DNA of 64,000 nt from Gekko japonicus (lineage: Eukaryota). The DNA lies in NCBI RefSeq assembly GCF_001447785.1, contig NW_015165235.1, forward strand, positions 1,800,717 to 1,864,716. Direction: 5' to 3'. The position numbers and the translations under genes are program-made. The notes beneath the pieces were generated by a model, which was not told the origin of the DNA, did not search any database, and saw only the letters and a program-made list of their open reading frames with translations. Positions 31,886-47,200 of this stretch are shown in pieces; position 1 is the stretch's first letter, and the number at the start of each line of letters is the position of its first letter.

Positions 31886-34800
31886 CTGGCACAAAACAGA
31901 AAAAAGTTTGTGTATGCATTTCATTTGTAGTCCACCTTTCTTGCTCAGACTCAAGGTGGATTATGAATTCTTTTAAAAATGTAATAAAAACTGTATAATA
32001 CATACAACCAAATGCAGTAAAACTACATTACAAAATTTAAAAATGATGCAATAGGAGGATAAATAAAACTGCCTAAAATCTCACCGACATTGTATAATAC
32101 AATTTAAATGCAATAAAACTGCCTAAAATCTCACCGACATTAAAACTGCACACTGCTTCCTTTATGAAAATGCCCTTGTGAATAATTCTGTTCTACACCT
32201 CCTGCAAAATGACTGAAGTGGGGGAGCCTTTCTGAGCCACAGCAGAGAATGCTCAGGGAATGGTATTAAACAATCTATTGATTTTGCCGAATTCTCCATG
32301 AGTTTTCCCACCAGAAAATACTCATCCAGTGAAGCATTCTGAAGTGCACTACAGAGGCCTCTCCTGATAACTTGGACAACATTTACCTTACCACAGAGAA
32401 GGATGTCCTTGGGGTAGCAAGCACACTCCAGATACAAACAGTACTAGCAATAATTCATGTTAGATCTTTTCTGTCCCATGTCAAAACGCGTTTCTAAGCT
32501 CTGGTTGTTTTTGTATTGTGACCCACTATGTCTTGTCTTCTGACACCACCAGAGGGTTTTGGAAGACATTTTCCTATCCCAAGATGCACTGGAATTTGGC
32601 TTGGGGTATGAATACCCTCTGTGAACGTTATTTCCCCAAGCACATTAGCAGTGTTAAGGCTGCAGTCGCGTGCACACCAGAGTAAGTCTACTGACCACTG
32701 TTCAGAAAGAATTCCCATTAACTCACATAGGATCAGGCAGATTAAATGGTAAAGCACTTAGTACATCTAACATTGCTACAGCAGTGAACACATTCTGTGC
32801 TCTGCCCTAAACCCACCTGCCAAAGCCACCAATTACAAAGACTATATCACACCTCTTTCAAGAGGCAACCAAACTATTTTAGCCGAATTCTGCTACTTAC
32901 GTGTCCATTAGCAATATCCAGTAAGTCTTTGATCCGGCACCCTCTCACGCCCACCTGCGAAAGCCACCAATTACAAAGACTGTATCACACCTCTTTCAAG
33001 AGGCGACCAAGCTATTTTACTCATAGCCGAATTCTGCTACTTACATGTCCATTAGCAATATCCAGTAAGTCTTTGATCCGGCACCCTCTCACAGGCCCGA
33101 CTTCATTGCAAATCGAATCCTCTACAACCAAGTAGGTTGCTTTATATGATGTGAGTATCTTATAAATATCTTCAGCTGATCTTTTGGAATAGATCTGGAA
33201 AATCTGTAGATTTAAATATGTTCAGTGAAGATGGAAACAATGAACACTGTGGAATATTAGGCAGGTTTTGTTGATACAATGTTCGATAGAATTTAGAGAC
33301 ACATACAAAGCATAATAAAAGCAGTTAGTATCTCACAGACATGAAGCTGCCTTATCCTGAACCAAACCATTGATCCATCAGGGCCAGTCCTGTCTACCCA
33401 AACAAGCAGTGACTCTCCAGGGCCTCCAGGTCTTTCACATCACCCACTATCTGATCCTGAACTGGAGATGCCGGGGATTGAACCTGAGACTATCTGTATG
33501 CCAAGCAGATGCTCTACCACTGAGGCATGGCTGCTCCCCTTCAAGAACACAATGAATGCATTTATTTTATAGATGATCAAGGGCTATGTTGCATTTATGA
33601 CAAACAGACTGAATTATGTATGCAAATACATATGGACTGGAGCACAGTAGCTCGAAGCTTTAAAAAAAAAATGAGCTGCCGTTACGCCCCGCTTTAAATC
33701 AATGAATTTTACACTTGAATGCTAAACAACAACATTTATAGAGGTTCCTTTTTATTCCAATGGTGTTTGCTTCCAAACAAGCATGCTCAGCATCTTTCCT
33801 CTTAAGACTCTTGCTATGGTCCTCCCAAGCAACTATGCTTGTCGGAGCCACAGTTCTGGAATGAATTAAGTACTGACGGTTTTGTCTCCCTGAGAGTCTA
33901 CAACAGCATCTCCTGTGCGATCTTAAAGACTAACAAATGCATTATCCAACGCATGAAGTATTAATTGACAGATTGTCTATATACGTGGGGGGGGAGCACA
34001 AAAACGAGAAGGGTAAGAGAAGATGAGATGTTGTACGGGATCTTAAAGACTAACAAATGCATTACCCAATGCATGAAGTATTAATTGTCTATATACGTGG
34101 GGGGGAGCACAAAAAAGAGAAGGGTAAGAGAAGATGAGATGTTGTAAAATGTGGCTAGGAAATCCACATTCCAAGACTCACTAACTCTGTACATGCAGAA
34201 ATCAGTAAGGACTGATTAGCTCATACAGAAAGTAAATGTCCTCTTTTTGAGGATTATATACACTATTCAACCTGCATTTCATCACCAATTGAGAGTGGTT
34301 CACCCCAAATCCAATTGTACTGCTGATTCTTTTGATTGGATCTTGGTTTCAACTCATTTATTCAAAGTATTCTATCCTGTTTCTAACTGGGTTTGGTGGC
34401 TTCCAGTAATCATTAAAACAACACAATAAAACAAAAAAAAACCCTATATATGGCCTGAATTCTACTATGCAATAATACCATATCTGTATATTGGAGTGCT
34501 GAATTATTTAGTCTCCCTTTGTTAGACATAATAAACAGAAGGGTGTGTGTGTGTAAAATTAAGTTTCTCCATTTGTCTAGTTCATCAGAGACTACACAGC
34601 AATAAACCTGTTAGTCTTTACATTTCTACAGACCACCCTTTGAGAAATACTGCGGAATGTTCGAAAGTGTCAGAAATGTTTTCAAGTTTACAAGACGACA
34701 CACTCACGTTCTCATTCCTCTTCTGCAGGTCTTCATCGCTGTACACGGGCAGATTTGTCACCATCCATCCAGTGCACAGCTTGATCACGCCCATGAGCTG

Positions 34801-37800
34801 TGGGCTGCCAGCAAACACAGCGGCAACGGGTGCCTGCCTTCTGCAAAGACAACACACCTGCTCTCTCATGCTTCCATACAACTGTATTGCCTAAAACTAT
34901 GGCAAGCTTTGGTGTTTAAAGTCCGCATCTATCACAAAATGAAAACCATCAGGGGTCATTTCCTGCAGGAGCGCACAGGAGTGGAGCTCCAGCAGTAAAG
35001 AGCCCAGGGGGCTGGCACATGCAACAAGCCCCACCCCCTGCTCCCAGCAGCCCTCAGTCAGAACAAGAAACAGCCAGGTAAGCTGCAGAGCCCGGCCCTC
35101 TGGTCCAAAACAGTCCAGTGGCACCTTTAAGATCAAGTTTTATTCAGGTACAAGCTCTCCCTCCTCTGCGAGGACAGATCTGCACGTCCCCCCCCCCCAA
35201 TAGCTAGCAATCCAAAACAGTCCAGTGGAGCCTGAGCGGTGGGTGTTGCCTTCTGACACACTTCCGGTGATGTCAGGGGGAGTGGCATATGCAAATAGGT
35301 TATGCTAATAAGTTATGCTAATGAGCTCCTGCACCTCTTTTTCTACGAAATGACCCCTGAAAACCATGATCCCAACATAGGCAGATGCTGGTGCATTTTA
35401 GTGACACATTCAATTAAAAGCGTCCCTAAGACAACAGTATGGCAAGGTCCAGATGAAACATCAAACCGTGGAACAGCCTTCAGCTCACTCACATGATTCC
35501 TCCTCCCATCATGCATCACTCAGTAATCAATTGTTTCTGGTTTTTCAGCCATGGTGTAATGGTTACAGTGCTGGAATTGAATCTTGGCCACCTGTGTCTG
35601 AGTTCCCACTCTACCAATGAAATCTGCTGGGTGACTTTGGGACAGTCACCCGCTCTTCACCTTCACCTACCTCACGGGGTTGCTGTGGCGAGGATAAAGT
35701 GAAGGAGGGGAGAACAATGTTGTAAGCTGCTTTGGGTCTCCACTGGGAAGAAAGATAAGGTGTATATATCTAAATAAATAGCTGCTTCCGGTTTTGTGAG
35801 AAGCCACAGTTTGCTGTTGCATCCAAGCTGGCAAACTGTGGGATGTGCTTGCCCCCTGCAAACTATGGCTTGTTTGAGAACAAACGTGCACTGGTTTTAA
35901 TAGCAAGCAAAACTCTGTTTGCCAGCTTATGTGCAACAGCAAAATATTGCTTCCTAAAAAACCAGAAACAACTCTTCACCCTGTGATGTGTGAATGGAGG
36001 AGGCATTCGGGACAAAACATTAGTACTAGCCCCAAAAGGTCAAGGTACACAACAGTTGCACAAAACATTACTAGCCCCAAAAGGTCAAGGTACACAACTC
36101 ATGCATCCCCTAAGTAGTATGAGCAAACAAAACATCCTGTCACACACTACCTATATGATAAGAAACTATGATAAGCCATAGCTATTTTTTTTAAACTACA
36201 GCAATAAGCAATAAAAGACAAATACTGAATGGAAGACTTACTTTATCCAGGTCATGAGTCCTACTGTATCAGGGTCATAAAATTCTTGCAGTTCTGAAAG
36301 TTCTGCCATTATCCTAGGAAAAAACTAAAAGGAAGCACCAAGGCTATGAACTGTGGGAAGACAAATCACAGAACTTTAAATCACGCAGGAAAGAGGACTA
36401 AAAAGAAAAACCTTTCTAGCTTTACCATTAAATCAAGTTATCAACTTATCAGGATCCCTTCTCTGTAGTGGCCTTTATGGCAGAATACACTTTATTCTTT
36501 ATAATGCAATTTAATAGAAACACATCTCTCCAACTTTAAACCACTCCAGTGGAAATGTTTATCAGTTTATTAAGAAAAACCTTTCATAAACATAATTGTG
36601 TTAATGCTCAACACTGAACTGTATTCAGGTCTTTGTCACAAACCAATCACGGCTGTATGAAACACACCCATCTTCCCATGTATCTTATGTAAAAAATGGC
36701 CTTCTGCTGTCTACATTGGACAACAGGTCAATCCCAACACAGAAGCATAAACAATCATAATATTCAGTAACCAGTGCATGAGCCCTGATCAGTGGCTGAT
36801 CTACAAATCATTGTTTTCCTACAAAAGAACTTCAAAGGGACAATCCAATGCAAAATTGCTAAATTCGAATTCTTTAACCAATTCAAGACTATCTCCCTCC
36901 AATCTTAACAAAGACTTCACATTCCTTAATCAATTACCGGTGTTAATATCTTGCATTACTGATATTAATTAGTCAAGCTATAACTCAAACTTTCTTACTG
37001 GATCTGCATACTGTGTTTCATCCCGCATTTTCCTAGAATAGACTGTATGTTAGTATGTACACTGCCTACCTCTCCCCTACCCTTCTGTTAATATAAATGC
37101 ATCTACCTAATGAATGGACACATCATACATCTGATGAAGTGAATTTTGCTTAGTACAGCCTTAGGCTGAAGTAACTAGTCTGTATTACTGTAAAGTGCCA
37201 AAGGTCTCCTGTTTTGTATCACCATCTAGTGGCCACAATAGTTTTATGACATGTTTCAGCAAAGTATTTTCAAACTTAGGTACTTGATTTTGAAATCCTA
37301 CCACAAAAGGTGGCAATATGTACGGCCACCACCTGAAAATCAGTTCTCTTATTAAGAGCTCTGTCTCCATTACCCTGGATAATACTAAATACTATCATTT
37401 TCACATACGCTAATAATCAAGGCCCAAGCACTGGCATAGAGGGTACAAAAAAACCCATACTTTATTGGGATCTGCGGGGGGGGGGGGGGGGGGGGGGGCA
37501 GCCGAGGCTGCAAGCACACTACCATGATATAGTTTCTTCAAGTCATTCCTGAAAGTTCTAGGCATTTGTACCAGGCCCAGAGACAAGGTGCTTGTGCCCT
37601 GTTTTCAGTGTTCATAGCGTACAACACCCATTACCTCAGCACCTTTAAGACCAACAAAATTTTATTCAAGGTATACGCTTGAATATCTATATCTTTAGAT
37701 ATTTGAATTTGTTGGTCTTAAAGCTGTCACTGGACTCAAACTTTGTGCCGCTGCTTCAGACCAACACGGCTACCCACATCACTTCGGTAATCCTCTCAAC

Positions 37801-40800
37801 AGCCCTGTAAAGGGAGGCCGATATTCTCCTCATTTAGCAGACAAGGAGAGAAGATGGGACTGAGGAATAACAAAAACGAGTTTCCCAAGGGCCCCCCATA
37901 AGTTTGTGGCAGAGGATTTTCTAGAGACTCACATTCCACTCCCCCTTTGCCATGGAAGCTTTTTGGGTGACCTTGAGCCACTGTCACAGACTCACCTAAC
38001 CTACCTCACAGGGTTGTTGTGAGGATAACACAGATGCAGAGGAGAACAATGTAGGCCACTTTGGGTCCCCACTGGGGAGAAAGGCCAGGTACAAATGAAG
38101 TCAACAGATGACACATACTAGATTAATACTTGATGGGTATGTGTATATTATTTCCTTACCTCCTTCCACAGGCTAAAGCCTATGATAGTAGGAACAGCCA
38201 TGCTCAGGATTAGAGCCTGAAATATCAAACACGCAAAAAAAAAAATAAGAATTTCTTTGGTCCTCCTCTATCTATCTGAAATGCTTGCACAGCTCTACAA
38301 TATGCCTTTCAAAAGTTTATTTCGGTTTATCAAGGGCATGATGGCGAGCCCATTCAAATATACATGAAGGGTCACCAACCTCCAGGTGGTGGCTGGAGAA
38401 CTCCTGGGATTACAACTGATCGACAGAGATCAGTGCACCTGGAGAAAATGGCTGCTTTGGAAGGTGGGCTCTAAGGCATTATGCCCCAGCGAAGTCCCTC
38501 CCCTCCCTAAACCCCGCCCTCCTCAGACTCCACCCCCGAAACCTCCAGGTATTTCCCTACCTGGAGCTAGCAACCTATACGCATGCCGTGTGATAGTATC
38601 GGAATCTTCCCTCCTCAGAGGGTACACGCACGCACGCTGTTCACTCGCTCTTTGTTCAGTTTCACCCACATAATCCTGCAACAGCATGCCCAGCAGTCAG
38701 CTTTAAGAAGACCATTTATTCCTGCCTAAAGGGAGTTCGTTTGTGCTCCCAAAACCAGCCAAAGCTTGTAATTTCTGCAATGATGGGATATATGCACTGC
38801 AGTGAGATTACATACAACCTTAAACAAGGTATCTTCAAAAAGAAAGACCCACGCTGGGGAGAGGGCACAGCTGGAGGTGAGAGCATGAGACCCGGGGGGG
38901 GGGGCGCTTGCTGGCTTTAGACACAGGGTTGCCAACTCCAGATTGGGAAATTCCTGGATATTTGGGGGTGGAGCCTGGGGAGGGTGGCGTTTGGGGAAGG
39001 AAGGGATCCTAGTTAGTGAGATATAATGCCATAGAGTCCACCCTCCAAAGCAGCCATTTTCTCCAGGGGAATTGATCTCTGTAGTGCAGAGATCAGATGT
39101 AATTCCAGGGGATCTCCAGCCCACCTGGAGGGTGGTGATCCTAACTGGTCACCTTACTGTTTGGAGTTACTTTTCTTCTCTATCCTTTTCCTCCATATTT
39201 TGAAATGAAATCAAAATCTGGCAAGACTGCAGTTTGTCAGGTCCTGGAGAATCCCCAGATGTGTATAATTCTGGACTGCCTTGTTTTCCCAGCCCTTCAG
39301 TGTTTTCTTTTAAAACTGTTTTTCATCTTATGTAGCTTTACATCAACATATGACTATCACAGGACAGGAACTCACCAGCAAGATGGGGTGCACCGCTTTC
39401 AGTCGTATCCACTTGAAGAGGGTCGTCCAGAGCTCAGGGGAGCACACCCCAAAAGCTGCTAGCATGCAAACGTAAGGGGTCCACAGATACTTCATTCTAG
39501 AAAATCAACACACAAATCCAAATGAGGAGACTGTTATTGACAAATGACAAAAAGCAACTAATTCCACAGTGATTTCTCTGAATGTCTTTCACTGGGGTCG
39601 ATTAATGCCCCGCAGTCACTGTAAGGGAAGCCTCCATCTGTTTTCCTCCATCAATCAGCAAAGTACTTCCTCACAGATTTATCTTAAAACTTGGGACTCA
39701 GCAACTGCATATTTGGCGGCAGACAAGACATACATTGGGAAGTCACCTTTGTATTGATGTGATCCAGCAGCACTGGATTCTTTAGAAGAGTGTCCCTTGC
39801 CCTGGCATGGTCCCCACATATTTAAGAGGTACATGGTAGGTCCTGTTTGTATGAAAGAACTGAGCCGTGGGCTCATGATCTCTCCCCCTTCCTCTTCCTC
39901 CCTTCCTTAAATATTGGCGAGACCAATAAGGTGGCACTGCATTTGTCCTGGCATTTGGGCTGAAAAAAGTAGCTTCCTGCTGGCAGACAGCAAAATAACT
40001 GGTCACGCCGATATTCTATAAAAATGACTGGCAGCCACTATGCTGCCCTGCAGAGTGTGAGTTTTGTCTTAGCAACCGCAAAACAGTGAGAGTGACAGTT
40101 AGAGACATTTGCGACTGATGCGGGGATTCTAGCTAAAAAAACATTTTAGCCCTGGGACTTCACAACATGCTAGAAGTGCAATAGCTTTTGGAAGCACCTG
40201 TCAACAGCCTGAAGTGTTAGCAAAGACAACTGATAATAACAAGAACAATTAGAACAGATGCCCATAACACAAGACAAAAACCTCTCTGGTAGATATCTTT
40301 TTGCACTAAACAAGCTGCAACGTAATTAAAGCTAAGCTGTGAACCAAACTATTGAATTAGTTCTGATGACATCCCTGCTCGCCATACGCATATGTATATT
40401 ATATGTACACACACAGAGATGGAAACAAAGCACTTAAATACATTCAGCAAGTTAACAGCAATTCTTTGCCATTTCCAATAGACGTAAATCCATCTTGAAA
40501 AACCTCACCCTTCCATCATCATTGTAAGTGACCCCAAGGAAATGGTGTGCAGTACATGATACACCACTTCTGGCCTTTCTCCAATCCTCCCACTCTCAAG
40601 GGTAGATGTTTCACTGACCGGTTCACCACTACGACATTTGCAAGAGAAAGACACAAGTGCTTAACAAAAAGGAGAGACAACAGCCTAATCAGAGCCAATG
40701 TGCCTTCATTAGAGAGCAGTGCCAAATGACAGGTGTCATAAGCTTATATAGTGTGGTGATGGGTGATGCAATCCTGGTGGTACAATGATGGATACAATTC

Positions 40801-41228
40801 TGGTGGTATTTCAATAAATACACGTGTTTTTTAACCTATAATTATTCTATATTTAAGCTTTAACCACTGCCCCCCCCATTTGTTGTCATGATAACACAGA
40901 GAAGGGGAGGATGAGGCAAGCTGCTCTGAGCCCCCATTGGAGAGGAAAGCAGGATATGATTATGAATACAAGACAAAATACATTAGCAAACTGAGCAGCT
41001 TGTTATCAGTTTTCATGCTATTTGTTAAGGATTATCAAGAGACACACTTCTGTTCTTCACAACATATAAATGACTTCGTATTTTGGTGGTTTATGCCAAC
41101 CTAGTTTAGATATATATTCAAAATACTAATGCATGGTGAAGTGGTGGACCAAAGTCACACATTCTGTCAGACTGCCAACGTAACATATGGCACAAACATG
41201 CAGTTTTCCTGGAATGCTCCAAACTTTT

Positions 41229-41280
<52 letters not shown>

Positions 41281-44200
41281 GTATCTTTCAACACTTTTTT
41301 TTAAAGATAGGACAGAAACCACAGACAGCCAAATCCCACATATTACCTCACGCGCACAGGCCCAAATCCACCACTTGTTATCAGTGCGGGACCTATCCTG
41401 TGGAGTTCCACAGGGTGCAATTCTGTATGCCATACTTTTCAATCTCTATGTAAAGCCCTTAGAACAATTCATCCACAGCTTTGGGGATGGATGCCATCAA
41501 TATGTAGTTGATACTTAGCTCTATATATCCTTATCCAAGTCTCCTGGTGATGCAGTAGAGGTCCTGAATCACTGCCTGACGGCTGTGGTAAATTCGTAAA
41601 GTGTGAAAAAAATTGAAACTAAACCTTGAAAACACAGAGGTAATGCTGGCTGGGAAGGCAGAGTCTTGAAGGACATTGTGCTCCCCACTTGTGATGGGAG
41701 TTCAACTGTCCCTTGCTGACTCAGTTCAGAGCCTTGGGATTATACTGGACCCAACTTTATTCCTGGAGATCCAAGTTAATGCAGCTGGGGGGAAAGTCTT
41801 TCTTCCAACTCAGCCTACACTGAAAGCTGCCCCCTACCCTCGATATGGCTGACCTGACCACCTGGATCCATGCCACAGTAATATTGAGACTAGACTACTA
41901 TAATGCACTGTACATTGGTCTCCTCTTCAAAATGCATTCAGAAACCCCAGTTGGTGCAGAATACCGCAGCTCAGCTATTATCAGGAGCTAGATGGAGCAT
42001 GCATATTACTCCCATCCTGCAGGCCCTTCACTGGCTGCCCATCAGTTACTGGGCTCAATTTTAGCGATCACATACAAAGCTCTTCATGACCTTGGACCCT
42101 CGTATCTGCAAAACCGCCCCTCCCCCTACACTCTGTCATGACAGCTTTGCTCATCAGAACAGGGTCTTCTGCAGGTGCCACCTTGTGGAACGGCCTGCTT
42201 AAGAAGGTCAGGAAGCTCCCACTCTCCTGCCTTTCTGGCAAACTAGGCAAAACTGAATTATTCAAGAGGGCTTTTCTACGCAGGCAATAGAATCGCACCG
42301 TGCTAAATATTTCACGAAGTTACTTGGATAAATTATTACAGACTGTGGTCCATACTACTGTGTATCGCTTGCTGAAACTAGGATCCGACGACGTGATTTT
42401 TGCATCATTTGATGTGTCCTATTAATATGTATGCTTTGCTTCAGTTCTGTTTTTAGACTTCTGGTTGGTTATACAACCCTGATTCCTACTGCATCGTTTA
42501 TCAAATATCCCTTTTTGTCTACTATATTGATTCACTGGGTTGTAATCCTCCTTCAGCCCATATGAGAAAGATGGATTGTGAATGAATAAATCCCTATCTA
42601 CTGCTTTTCCAGACTGGAAACCCCCTCTCACTGCAAGTGGCAAAGGTTAACCAGAGACATTCAGCAATTGGCAGGTAAATCACAACAGCATCGAAACAAG
42701 CAGTCTGAGAATGGTCAGATGTCAACTTACCTACTCCTCCTAAAAATGACCTGACCTACAGAGAGAAGGCAAATGATGAGCACTAAAACATAGAAAGGCA
42801 ATAGTGAGGACTGAGTAAGCCGCAGAAAGAAGTCTTGGGATGGTGTCTGAAGTGACTCTTGACAAAGGAGCCAGTTCATTGTGAAGTTCCTAAAGAGAAG
42901 AACAAGGGGGGGGAGAGGTCATATCTAAGGATGGGTACAAACCAGAAAATTCCAGTTTAGTTTGGGGTGTACCTGAACCGAGCCCCAAACCAAGCAAAAA
43001 TGCCCGAACCAAACCAGCCAATTTGGCTGTCTTTCTCCTGGCCATGGCAAGCCGCAATNNNNNNNNNNNNNNNNNNNNNNNNNNNNNNNNNNNNNNNNNN
43101 NNNNNNNNNNNNNNNNNNNNNNNNNNNNNNNNNNNNNNNNNNNNNNNNNNNNNNNNNNNNNNNNNNNNNNNNNNNNNNNNNNNNNNNNNNNNNNNNNNNN
43201 NNNNNNNNNNNNNNNNNNNNNNNNNNNNNNNNNNNNNNNNNNNNNNNNNNNNNNNNNNNNNTGGCGACGGCGGTGCAACGTGTATCGCTGTCCCCCACAG
43301 CAGGGATCCTGTGAAGACGTGCGGATCCCCTGCCGTGGCTTGGCAGCCCTAGATAAAAAACATTTCAGTGATTCCACATACCCCCCCCACTTCCCAGAGC
43401 TGCTTTGCAATGACTATTTTGCATAATTTGTTCTGCTGCCATGAGTCATGAAAAGGGATACAGAGGTATGTAGGGCATTGAAGCAGGGCCTTTCGGCAGC
43501 AGTTGTGTCCCGAGACTTCTTCGGGGGTCTGCTTAATAGAGCTATGGAGAGCCAGTGTGGTGTAATGGATACAGCGTCTGAGCAGGATCATGGGAGAGCT
43601 GGGTTCAAATCCGCACTCTGCCACAGATGCTTGCTGGGTGACTTCACACTCTCAGCCTAACCTACCTTTACAGGACCAGAGAGGAGGGGTTGTAAACTAC
43701 TCTGAGTCCCCACTGGGAAGAAACGTGAGTTATAATAAATACCTAAAATACATCCTAAGTAAAGTTTCACACTTTTAAGGCCACTGACGTCAAAGAATTT
43801 AGAAGGGTTCAACTCTGCTTAGGATGACACTGTAAGCATGTAGGCAACTTTTATAAGTGACAACTTTTATAAGCTGGTGTTACAGAGCAACCCTACTCAG
43901 GTCTATTCAGTGGGCTTACTCCCAGAAAAACGTTCTTAGGATCATATTGTTAGGAAACTCAGTTTTGTGGCTAAAATACCATATTTTGTGGCTTTTGAAA
44001 AACTGCAGTCCACAGGGATCTGCTTATAGGAAGCTGTATACCAACGAACACACATCGGTAGTATAACAGTCTCAGTGCATCAAGTTGGAGGCCCTTAATA
44101 GATGTTGCCAAGCAGGACAGAAACACTCAGGCAGACTCAGCATGGTGGTCTTTGTCTAACTCGTACAATTTTTTTTTAAAGTAGTATAACTTTAAACTTA

Positions 44201-47200
44201 CTTTGTTTTGTTTAAACCCAATTTTATTTCAAGAACTTTCATTAAATGCTCGTTTTCTTTATGAGGAACAAATGTCTGGAAAACAGATGGGAGTTATGTT
44301 AGCACCAGTTTCAACAGATTCACACTCTTCTGTCAATAAAAGACACTTAGTAATGCATTGGACAAGCATCTGCAGCCTCTCTATAATACTGGTTCTAGGA
44401 GGCAACATTAGGGGATAGCGCTGGCCTCTATGCCCTTTTTATGCCCTTTTTATTGTCTTCCATGGCAACTGGTTAGTCACTGCATGAATCAGGATACTGG
44501 GGTAGACAGACCACTGATCTGATCCCACCAGGGCACCTCCTTGGTTCTTATAACTTTTCCTGATTTCAGAGACAGGTATCAGCGGACCACCTACTTAGGA
44601 AACACTTGGAAAGTTTCCACAGCAGTAATGTTAATAATAAAAAAAAACAAAATAGGCATGATAAACATTAAAACACAGAGCAAAAAACTCACACAGAGCA
44701 AAAAACTCAGCAGAGAGCAGGAACAATCAGGAGTCATTTAAACAGTAGAATGGATACAAAAGAGAAAACACCTTGAGGGCCTTGGTAGGAAGACACAATG
44801 ACAGAGAACGCCCAGCTCCAGGCTGCATCAGCTTCCCTTAACAGAAGGACATTCAGAATAAGATCCTCCCCGAAGCAGTTATTAGGATCTTGGAAAATAT
44901 TAAATTTTAATGGGTAATATCCTGTAAATGACACGCTGCTTCTGAGAGTCAGGGAACCTGCAGGAACAGGATGGGATTTGTGGTGGTGGGGGGAGCTACG
45001 GCTCATGAGGAAATCACAGAACTCACCCTCAGCCCTCTAGTATAAGGTGTTCTGCAAACAAAACAAAATTCTGGCAGGGTAATTTCTGCCAATTCCTCCC
45101 TTTTGCTGCAGCCCCTGCACCACTTCTTACTCTGTTACCATGAGCCGCCTCCCCCCCCCTGATTGTTAGGAGCTCTTAGGAGTGGGTCGGGGGGGGGAGA
45201 GTTTAAGGCTGCAGAGGGAGAAGGGAGACATCTGTTCCACGGGCTCATTCCATTTACGGTCCACAGTTCCAAACGAATATAATTTTCTTGCTTTGCCAAG
45301 GTGGTTGACTGCCTTGGAAAATAGCTTATTTGTTCATCAGTTTAGTACATTCTGTCTTTTGCTGGGAAGAATACCAAAATGCAGAAGGGTGGTCTGGGTC
45401 CCCTCTCCGCAGAAGGCTAATTAAGCTAAGACAATCAGATGCAGCCCTTATTACCTTTCATTAAATTACACAAACTTACCTTCACTACAAGATTCAATGT
45501 CACTGTTATTGTGGATACCAAATAAAAATAAAACACTTTCAGCATCCTTGAAACAAGCGTCCCTTTTTTGGTATTCATCTGCAAAAAAATAAATAAAAAA
45601 GGCGTGCCTATAAGAAACGAACTGGAAGTTTGTTTCCCCCCCCCAACACACACACACACACACGCACACACACCAATACCTCCTCTTCCTCCAGAATCCT
45701 ATAAGCTCTCAGGCGCTAAAGCAGCCAATTTATGCTCTCAGTTTTTCCTTGCCTTGCTGGAGAATACAGAGTCTTCAGCAGGCCAGATTATTTTTGTGGG
45801 AACCCCCTTTAGCTTAGTTTTTCTGCATACTTAACTAGCCCCTCTTCCGCAAAAAAAAGTTTACAGAAATCCCTGTCTCGCTTGTGTCATTGGCACAAGC
45901 CATTCGCTGTGCTGCTAGACAGTGTCGTCAGAGTGAAGGCAGACCAACAGCTAACAAACGAAATCCAGATATTATTACCTGGAGGCATTTTGCAAGCAGT
46001 ACAGCAGTAACAAGGCTCAACAGTGGAGAGACTAATAAAGCTGGATTCTCAAAATGCAAAATGTAGCCCAGGAAGACGGAAAATCCATAGATTTTGTACA
46101 CCTCGTGTACCTGTCAAGGAGAAAGACGCCTGCTAGCAACAGAAAGTCATATCTGCAACAAACATTAACCCTGGGCATTTGCAATTTAAAAAAAATTAAA
46201 AGCATTTTATACTCTTAGTCTGCCATGGTGGGAAGGATTGGTGGTGGAAAGTGTTGTCAAGTCACAGCCAACTTGCAGCGACCCCTGTGCGGTTTTCAAG
46301 GCAAGAGATGTTCAAAGGTGGTTCTCCACTGCCTGCCTCTCCATAGAGACCCTGGTCTTCCCCAATGGTTTCCCACCCACGTACTACCCAGGGCCAACCC
46401 CTGCTTAGCTTCTGAGATCTGACAAAATTGGGTACCTCGGGAAAACCCACAGAAGGACTAGAGCAGGGTTTTTTTTTAAATGTAAAAACACACTCAACAA
46501 AGAGATAATAAACAGGATTAAAATTCCAGCATTCTTCACTGTCTTTCTTTTAAAAAACACATCTTCAACACATTCTAATATTATTGCTTCACTTGCTGTT
46601 AGTGTAACAAATTGGGGGGTACTTATTATGATTTAAGATCTCCCTTAAATAGCTTCTTTGCTAATTCTTAGGACCAGCTTATAGCCCCAAGTGCTTCAGT
46701 TCACTTAGTTTAATTGTATACTCATTTAAAAGAAATGTACTGCAGTATATGGCAATACAATATACTGTTGACAAGAACTGAATCGCAAGATCTCATGTTC
46801 CATCTTTACACTGATGCAAAAGATCACTGTCTTTGTAAAGCAGGTCCTGCTCCTTTGTTTCAAAAACGTCTGCTGTTGTAAATGTGTTGTTATTTCAAAT
46901 TCAAAGTTAAGAAGAACCTAGTGAGGCTAGAACCAACAAGAGGAAGTTCTGGCTACACTTGGAGTGCAAATTACTGGAGTGCAGCCAATGGCTGGGATCC
47001 AAACACATGACGCGGCCTCATACTGAATCAGACCACTGGTCTATCCAGGTGAGTACTGTCTATTTAGACTGGTAACAGCTCTGCAGGGTCTTAGTTGGAG
47101 GTCTTTCTCCTTACCCTACTAGCTGATCTTTTTAACTGGAGATGCAAGGGACAGGGATGGGAATAAGGACTGGCATTTGATGCCAAGTGAAAAGAGCAAT

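Noticed and set aside
41167-41200. MFVPY peptide resembling the start of DPY19L4 exon 11
   Set aside because: Chance match; the true exon 11 is 44202-44275.
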